This document shows positions 23,427 through 32,133 of a DNA stretch of 32,133 bases, one piece after another. The position numbers and the translations under genes were made by a program. Location: assembly GCA_040143965.1 (NCBI GenBank), contig JASJQH010006961.1, positions 1-32,133 of the forward strand. Reading direction: 5' to 3'. The first letter of the stretch is position 1; the number at the start of each line of letters is the position of its first letter. The stretch is from Basidiobolus ranarum (lineage: Eukaryota). The notes under the pieces are model-generated. The model made no database searches, had not been told where the DNA came from, and saw only the letters and a list, made by a program, of their open reading frames with translations.

Positions 23427-24005
23427 ATCACCAGCACTTTACTCAATTTTTAAACAAAATAAACCCCATATTCACATTTATATTGACGTTGTGTTTGTTA
23501 GTGCAATGTGTGATATTACTCACAAAGTAGTCTAACTGGGGGAATAACTGATTTATGCGCTTGGAATGCTGGCGACTCTTCAGGTGATTTCCGTAATGCT
23601 GCACAAAAATATGCCATACTCTTTATTCGGGATATTTTAATATCAATCTCGATCAATGATGAGAAGTTGGAAAAGCAATGCATGACATTCAATCATCATA
23701 TAAATTAGTCAATTTACCAAACCCAGTAACAATCTCGACCAACGCTTAGGGTTAGGATATACAGGCTTTCAAGAATTCTGAATATTGTGGACAACCATAG
23801 TGGCTATTATTTGAAACAACCAAACTAACTAAATAAGACAGCTCTTTCTAGTTTTTTGACTTTACTTAGTCTACAATACAACTACTCTTAATAACATCTA
23901 GTACGTAAGTTTCCAACGTTAAATAGTACATTCAACGTTTGGTACTAGGTTTTTAGCTGATCTTCTCAACTGAATACGCTCATAGCTTCTCTTGGTCCTT
24001 TAACG

Positions 24006-27000
24006 ATGCCTGGGGATTCTTCCTCACCTTCCCCGAGATTGGTTTCATCAAGCGTCAACAACAATAAATCATATAGAAACTCTATGCAAAAGTCATTCGC
24101 CGGTATGTTCCTTGTTTACTTGGGCAAAATGGAGTTTCAATTTTGGGAAGTTTTGAATAGAAATTCACCAACTATATAATAAGCTAGATGAAATACTTTT
24201 TCAACTACTTCCCTTATTTCGATACTTTTTATGACTCCTTGGCATTATGTATTCCAAAGAGGCCTCCTTTCAACTTCAGGTACTAAATTTCAATCCCCTT
24301 GTTATACTCATCTTAGGTTCTCGTACCCAACAGAATAGAGCGCGACTTGAAACTTCGAAGATATCAGGTCCTAAACCATTAAACTTACCAAGTCTTCGTC
24401 GTGAGCACGCAACTACACCAACAGTTCTATCTGGCGGTTCTTGGCGGACGACAAGTAACGAGCATAATCGACAAGATTCTTCACATCGAACCTCACCTTC
24501 TTCTGATTCAAGACCAAGTGCTCCTGCGACAAATGTAAGGGCTTGGGCCAGTATAGTTCAGGTTCCATGCAGCTCAATCGCCGATGAGAATGCAACTCAA
24601 ACTACTACCCTTAAAACTGGTAATAGCCATTTCTTTTTAGTGGATATATTCAGGGTTGTTAACTAACTCAGTTTACTTGCATCTTGGTTAATTATAGGGA
24701 AATCAAATGAAAAGGTAGTTGCTTAAAAATTTGTCTATATTCATCTATAACTCGTCAATGGGCACTCTTGTTTGAATCTTTGTCCTTATAGCATCTTTAA
24801 ACTAACAACACCCTTGGAACTTTTTCCATGTTGATCTAAATAGAGAGAAAACTTGTTCAAAACCGAAGATGGAGATGAAGATAAGACCGAAGAAAGAAAT
24901 TGGGATGAGGTGAAGTTTGCTCGCTTATACTGGATTGAAGAGTACATCTATCTAACACTTATTCTCAAATTAGATGTCGGACGAAAGTATTGACTTTTCG
25001 GTGGATGTTTTAGAATTTGCTGACGGTGCAGTAAAGATTGATAAGAAGGAAGATGCCAAACCATCTAAAAGTTCACTTGATCCATGGGGGAAGCCGCCCA
25101 GTTTCAATCACCCTTCTAAACATGATGATAACGAGAGCAAAGCTATTTTATCTTCAAGCACATCAACACCATTAGCTCCAAAATCCGATCCTAAACTATC
25201 TCCACCAAAGACCCCCGTTTCACACGACTCTTTCCCATCAATTCCTACTAATATTGGCCTAGAAGAGGACTCGAAAGAAACTGAGGCTCAGAAAGGAATC
25301 AAAAATACCTCCAATAATAAGGATGATGCTCACACTGATTCTGCATTGACAGCAGGCCTTGAAAGCATTGCACTATCCAATGGAGCTATCTCAACTGATG
25401 CTGAGAATATAACAAAGAATGACTGGCTTGAGCAAGTCGTTGATGGAGAGGATGTGAAAAGAAATCCACCCAAAGAGCTTTCATGGCGGCGGAAGGTCTC
25501 GGCAGATAAATGTTCGGTGACATCTGATAAGTTTGAGAATCAATATCCTCATCGTTCAATCAATACACCTGATCATCATTCAGGCTTAGATTGGAGATCC
25601 TCATATGTAAATGGAAAGCCTCGAGCTACCGGTCAGAATCCTCGAAACCAAGATGATTTCGAGAAACCAGAACTTGACTCTAAGCGAGACGACAGATGGA
25701 TACAACAGCCAGAGGAGAGTTTATTGTATGATCAAGATCAAGATAGACAGGAAAACTGCGAGCCAAGGGATCGAATGAAGTATTTCCAAGGCGAGAATCG
25801 TCGTACACCAAGGTTCAACTCAACGTTTGAGAAAGTACCGGAAAAGAAGGGCCCTAGTATATCTGATATTGATAAAATCATGTCTTCTATCAAACGCGAA
25901 TTGTCATCGAAAGGTACTTCTATTGAGGAGATGAAGAGCAATGTTGCTCGTGGACCAAATCATCCCAGTGAAGTCGTACTTGCGCCAAACGAAAAGGAGA
26001 AAAACATCAAAACCATGGATAGAGGAGAGAATTCTGGCCAAGAGTTGGTCGAAAAAAAGGAAGAACCATCTGATGGCACAGAGCATCCGCTTTCACAAGA
26101 AAGTCCTAAATCTGAACTTGTCAATGATCCCTCCTACTCAAGTCCTATAGCTTCCGAGAAATCACCCTCAGTATCTTTCTCGTCGACTTCTGAGTTGACG
26201 AGCATGGAGAAAAGCAACCCAAGATACACAACCAGTTCAAGACGTAACAGGCAGGGCTCATCTGAATTTTCCCAAGATCATCGTCGTAGTTGGGATTCAG
26301 ACAAAAAGACCTCAAAGTCCTCCGCGGAAGACACGTCGAACACAGAGCACTCCCTTCATTCACAGGATAAATTTAATACTGTTTCAAAGCCCGATGGTTC
26401 GTCTGGGCCTGTTTTTACCGGCAGTAGTCGATCCCGGAACGAAACCTCCTTCTTTTCAGGGAAACACAGTGTAGATGGAGCTACTAACGACCAATTGGGC
26501 ATAAATTCAATAGACGAGCCTATAGACCCTTCCCTTTCTCACCGTAAAGATACCGCGAAGAATTGGATAGGAAAAGAGAGGAAACTCCAATTTTACTCCA
26601 ACCGGTCGGATTCCGCAATTGAGATCGATCATAGTGCTCCGTTTACTTTTGGGAAGAAATATTTGTTTTCAAGCTCACAAGATGAAGAGGTGCTGGGCGG
26701 AAAGAGCAAAGGTTAGTACAAGTGTGGCTAACATAATCTGCCAGTAAGTTGAAATACTTATCATACATGTAGTTTCCAAGCCCAGTCCAATTGGCGAGAA
26801 AAGAGGGATACTCTCGTTCGGAATGAACCTTTCCGGCAGTGATAGTCGTCCGGAGGGTATTTATATGATATACTTTAGTTTCAAGCGGAATCCTCTCCTA
26901 AAGCAATTTACTTCTAACGAATTAGAGAATTTCCGAAACCTCGGAAGGCCCTCCATCGAGTTCTTGGGAAGCCCCGAAGACAAACAGTCATCTAAAGGTT

Positions 27001-28649
27001 GGTTGCTTCTCAGTTAAATTCTATTAGTTTGCCCTTCTAGTTGTTTCAAGACTTATCTGGTTCGAATGCTATTTCATCAGTTGCTGAATGTGATAGCCTA
27101 GATTACACGCAGTTTGGTAGATACATGACATTTGATTGCTCAATTTGATCATCATATTTATTACTTTTTTTAAGCCACCTCGGGACTTAGGAAGGATAGT
27201 GCATTAAACCAATCATGTAATGTATTTCCCAAAGAGTTCGAATCAATTGCTGGTAAAATGGGAAGCGTCGGATTCATGGTTGCCAGTGAAATAATCTCAG
27301 ATGACGAAAACCATTCCAAGGCTCTTGATGACACAAAAGACCGCAACCACTCAAAAGACAAACAGAAGACGACATCGCCATCCAAATCCGAGGTACGTTC
27401 AAGTAGACTGATGCTATAATTTGGATTTTAATCAATTTGTTTGCTCTAGAGTGCTTCGATTCGATCCAATAACGGAACTTCTGAGTCTCGCATCTCCAAT
27501 TGGTCTCGTTCGTCCAAAAATAATGGCAGAAAAGCGCACGATAACGTTCCGTTACAAGCAAAGAATAAAGATGCTTGGACAAACGAAAAGCCTATTTCAT
27601 CGGATAACCCTGTGAGTCAAGATATCCTCGAAACTAGTCCATCTGGAGCTGGTACTTCAAACATTTCGAAACCAACATCTCCTCTCAAGAATCGTGGTAA
27701 ATCAGACATTTTCAATCGTACTACAGTGTCTACAGCCAAAGAATCACAGTATTTAACTAACTCTTCTAATTTCAAAGATCTAGGATTCAATGCTTTTTCG
27801 AAGCCTCTAGCTGGAAAATCGAATTTCATGTACACACCTCTTCCTCAAGAGATGGGCTCCCCAACACTTTGGGTAAAGCCACATCCAGGCCTCAGAATGG
27901 CCCAAGGAGAGCCAGGTGCCATCGGAATATCGCAAGTCCCTATGCTCCCTCCCCTAATGGATCCTTCACAAGCTATCCCTCCTAGATCACCTCAGCAACC
28001 AGTAAATACACAATATGTCCAATTCGTGCCTTTAGCTATGCCACCCCACCAATTTATGCCGCCTTATGGAAACATGCCTCTTGCACCATATCCACAAATG
28101 AGCATGGGCATGGACGAAATGAGCCAAGCTGGGTGGGTTATGCAGCCAGTCCCTTCAGCTCCCATGAACCAATATCATTCCATGCCCAACAATTCTAGTT
28201 ACCAATACACGCTGCAGAACAAGAGGGGACACCACCATCAGCACCATGAAAGGTCACCACAACAATCCTTTCAACGGACTCCACCATACCAAAACCAACA
28301 TCGACCACCCAACCAAAATTATTCCTATCCTCAACAGCCGCCTTACTCCTCGAAACTTCCGGACTCCATCAACACCACAGCTTCGCCTCGTTTGCCGAAT
28401 TCCAACGTTCCTCCTCATTTCCAGCGTCAAAACAATCTCATGTCCTCCAATGCTCCTCCAAACTATCACATGTATAAGAACGAGATCGATGGCATTCAAA
28501 GAAATTTGAATCCAAATCATTCACGTCCAATAAATCAGCGAGGTCGTGGAGGTGGAGGGTGGTCTGGGGTGAATCAGCGACCAAGCAATCCTAATTACCC
28601 GGCAGGCTTTGTTCCTAATCCACGGGGAAACAGTCGCAATATGTACTAA
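24006..28649 (+). CDS. Large disordered BAT2/PRRC2(MOS1)-like protein, ~9 coding exons, with a prion-like/RGG C-terminus
   Basis: ATG 24006. In-frame GT-AG splicing links LVSSSVNNNKSY, GPKPLNLPSLRREH, NVRAW, NWDEMSDESIDFSVDVLEFADG, the 580-aa ORF, VGFMVASEI and the 345-aa P/Q/N/M-rich ORF. Family assignment is by motif recognition only. Confidence 0.7.
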
Positions 28650-29439
28650 TTGAGGGAGTCCTTTTCGAGCAAAACAAATGCCACTTCTTGGCTACTCCGC
28701 CTGCAGACCTCTTCACAAATCACGCCGTTCTTCCTGGCTAATTCTACTATTTTGACTTACGAAAAGCTGTCTAGGTTTATGTTGTTCTTTCCTTAGTCTA
28801 AGTTTGCGTTTCTCCGCCGATTTTACTTTAGCTTTACAGTATTTTCTTGTATCTCTTTCAACATTATTCACTACATGTTACTCCACTTATAGTTAATCCA
28901 TCCATATCCACCTTTTTCACCCTTTTCTAGCTTCAATATATCCATTCCAACATCAGTTTCCCTTCTCTTCCGCTTCATATCATATGTATCTCCTGTCCAG
29001 AAAATCCACTAAAAACCATGAAGCCCTCACGTGATGCGTAAGGTAATGAGGATTGGGAAGTGAGAATCACAAACCAGATCACAAACCCGATCGAAAGCCA
29101 TTTTCCATAAGTGAAGATTGAAAATTCAAAAAGTTTCTTCCATAATTGTTGTACTTACCCCACTGATCGGTGACTGTTTGATCACAATTTGGAGAAACTA
29201 AGCTAGCCAATTAAGATACAAAGGTAGTGGAGTTTGGTTCCATTAGGAATAATGAGGTGGATAGATGGATGAAGTAATCTTGAATGCCAATAATCGAACA
29301 ATTCTATTAATATCTGATAATGCCCAGGTGTTAGAATTCTATCGACTCCATTCTCTTCTCTTTTTCAACTTTCATTGTTTATCAAGTTGTCGCATATATC
29401 CTGAATTACAACGAGTTGCTTTCCCCGTAAGCAACAGTG

Positions 29440-30826
29440 ATGAACAATGTTGTCCTCACTGCGACATCTTGGGATTACGATCCAGGTTATGATTTGAGGC
29501 TCCAAGAGGGAACTCATATAGTGGAAATCATCAATCTTTGCCTAAATTCTGCCTCTATTGTTTGTGGCTCTTTAGTACTAGTCATTTTTTTCCTACTACG
29601 CTTTTACGAACCCAAACTCATGGACCGTGTTTCGTTGCGACTCACCGCAGCGATATCTTTGGTTGACGTGTTAAGAGCAGCTGTATACATTGTCTTTACT
29701 TTCGTTTCTTCGGCCGGACCAGCCTGCAGGTTCTCAGCATGGTACTTTTTTATATACGTGGTTTACAACGGTTATCTAGAAGAGGAAAATTGACCAGTTT
29801 TTGTATTGTTTTGTTTAGGGCCATAATTTTTCTCACTAATTGTTACATATTTCTGACGTGTATGATCGCGTTTAATTTACAATACGTCTTTTTGCACAAT
29901 CGACCTTATCAGCATCGTTTGGAAAAGAAATACTTTATAATATCTATGTTTCTCTCGCTAGCCACTACTCTACCCGCTTTGATATGTGATAGAGTTGGTT
30001 GGGATGACAATACTGGCGCATGCTGGTGGAAAAACTACTCTTCAGTAAGAACCAAAATATGGGAGTGGGGAAGCTTCTTGATATGGGTGATTGTTGGAAC
30101 AATATATTGCTTAGTGGTGATAATACTAGTAGTCATCAAGTTGGAGAAAAACAAAAGCCGACTGAAAATCTTGAATCAAGCCAGTCTTTTGGAAGAATTA
30201 CCAACTACTAGAGGAAAACGTATGGAATCCCATAGAACGGTGAACAAACTCGTTACACGGATAACCCTTTACATTTTAATTCCAATTCTCACTCAAGGTG
30301 GATTCATCTTGATGGAGATTTGGTTACAATTTAAACATCAGATGAACCCTGGTATAAACTACTGGTCGGTCATAGGAACCGATTTGTCTGGTTAGCATCT
30401 ACTTGTTTCTCTTGCATCTTCACTTGTGATGATTCTTATTCTTTGGTTGCACTAGGTGTACTGAATCTCATTGCTTTCCTGTTAGATCCGGCTCTTCACA
30501 ATTCCATTAAGACTGTGCGAGAACAATTGATCTTACAATATGGCGCAATGGAAGAATACCCGTCATTTGTGGCTCACTTTCCATCTCGGTTGATTCATCC
30601 CGTAAACACTGATGATCGTAGGACGAAATTCATGCGTTGGTTTGTCCGTAAGTTTCTTGGTGTTAGCATAGAAGTAGAAGCAGTTTCTTCCTCGGAGTCA
30701 TTTTTTGAGTTAGCCAATTCCAATGATTTAAATCACCTCTCTATACCGAAAGTCTCGAACACAGAGGTAGAGGGAGACGAATATTCGATATATGAGGTGT
30801 GCTCGAAGCCAGATTCAGATCCTTAG
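29440..30826 (+). CDS. 7-TM GPCR, Git3/cAMP-receptor-like; exons 29440-29741, 29819-30390 and 30456-30826 (3' end uncertain)
   Basis: DRVSLRL after TM1, C-x-FSAW, TCMIAFNLQ, GWDDNTGACWW, RITLYILIP and GVLNLIAFLLDP. Confidence 0.88.
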
Positions 30827-30890
30827 TTACCTTCAGTTATCACGCTAAAGTACCGGCATATTTGATCCTTACATGGATGCTTCATCATCA

Positions 30891-31045
30891 TAGGGGGGGC
30901 CACCCTCAAGCGGGTGACTGAACCGGTGGCACCCCCTCCCCCACACTCCGGTAAACCGGGGGGGGTAACCAAGCCATACCGAAGGCCAAGGGGGCGACCA
31001 CGCAACCCCGCCCCCCCCCCCCTCCTTCGGGTAGCACCCGATTAA
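30891..31045. other. GC-rich island with hairpins and G/C homopolymers, function unknown
   Basis: Abrupt GC jump; inverted pairs GGGGGGCCACC...GGTGGCACCCCC, CCGGT-AA-ACCGG and CGGGT-AGC-ACCCG. Confidence 0.7.
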
Positions 31046-31867
31046 CACCAGGTTACCTTGTTGTATATTTGATAATTGATATGAGTCCCACAAGGTTTGA
31101 AATGGTGCATTCTAGCCACACATATCTCACCTCACATTAGTTTTTATTTCCATTATAATAAAAATGTATAATATTATAAGATATCTAATGTAGAATCGGA
31201 TTTGCTCTAACCAAACCAATCATCAGCTGAACTCGTCATCAATCTCACCGGATTTGTTTGGTTATGTTTATAGCAATCAAGCATTTAGAATATTAGCATC
31301 ATTAATTGCTAGTTATGTCACTTCCATTATATCGTAGCTCACAGGCTAAATTGAATATAATTGAACATATATCCAAAGAAGGGGTGTCTATCTAAACATG
31401 GGTATACTCGATGATCGTCATCATCACGTGAAAGAAAGTTATTTTATTTATTGGTGATCCACGCTCACTCTCTACTTTAGATACTCCAAGGTCAGAAATG
31501 AATATGGAGTCCTTCACTGTTGAATCACAATATTTGGTATTTCGAACTATTTGATAAACCAGCAGTAAAATATTCCCTTAATTTTCTGCTCCCATGCATA
31601 TTCTATCCTGAATTTGGCTTGAACATATGTATGCTATATACATGTATTTCATTAAATTGCCTTCATATTTTCTGAACATGATGAATATGTATCCTTCAAA
31701 ACATTACAAGATATAATTCATCAATATAATCAATGATGATCGAGCAGGATTAATGTTACTGTAAAAAGAGATCAGTCTGGATAATTATGATAAAAACTAC
31801 ATGAATTGAACTTTTCAAAATAAGAGCTTGTCTTGCAAAAGAAGGATGAATATATTCAAGTCTTTGT

Positions 31868-32133
31868 TGAAGTTAACATTGCCTAAACGCCTATATAGTC
31901 ATATATAGCTCAGTACTTAGTTATCTTATAATTCACTAAGATATTATCAATTATTCTCATAAGGAATTTACTTAGAGGTTCTCAGATATATAGATTTTTC
32001 AAAGAAGCCCCAAACTTTGCACACATGTTCCTGGGACCTTCCTTAACACATTCTACACATTAATTTGTTTACATCTTGACAAAACTATATATGTCAACTG
32101 AATACTCATTAAATCAATAAGTGAAAACTACAA
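31868..32133 (-). repeat. Dispersed repeat, copy E (runs off the window end)
   Basis: TTGCCTAAACGCCTATATAGTCATATATAGC...GAAGCCCCAAACTTTGCACACATGTTCCTGGGACCTTCCTTAAC is nearly the reverse complement of copies B and A. Confidence 0.92.

Noticed and set aside
30891..31045. SRP, RNase P/MRP or tRNA identity for the GC island
   Set aside because: Conserved SRP helix-8, RNase P CR-I/CR-V and tRNA T-loop (GTTCRA) motifs were not found.
55..32133. Whole window as one giant element bounded by inverted repeats (copy A/B versus copy E)
   Set aside because: The interior is ordinary housekeeping genes with no transposase or recombinase, and further copies lie inside, so a dispersed repeat explains it.

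Overview
Eukaryotic, AT-rich, intron-rich genomic DNA from a fungus. Short GT-AG introns with CTAAC/CTGAT-type branch sites and the gene content suggest an early-diverging lineage such as Basidiobolus, which is inference. Reading splice sites by eye gives 13 protein-coding genes: secreted CAP/SCP protein, alkaline ceramidase, Whi5/Nrm1-like G1/S repressor, patatin-type TAG lipase (TGL4/SDP1-like, 15 exons), metaxin/Sam37, Cys-rich probably GPI-anchored protein, LEA_2-like membrane protein, histone H1, F-box/LRR protein, aldehyde dehydrogenase, Shp1/p47 UBX protein, a large BAT2/PRRC2-like disordered protein and a Git3/cAMP-receptor-like GPCR. A ~340-bp CpG-depleted non-coding repeat occurs five times, including a ~1.25-kb foldback at the window start. 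The strongest leads are the fungal PRRC2-like gene, the head-to-head Whi5-like/TGL4-like pair, recurrent TCACGTG and (TTAGGG)2 boxes, and a ~155-bp GC island after the GPCR with hairpins and an AT-hook-encoding frame. There is no sign of prokaryotic systems such as CRISPR or operons.
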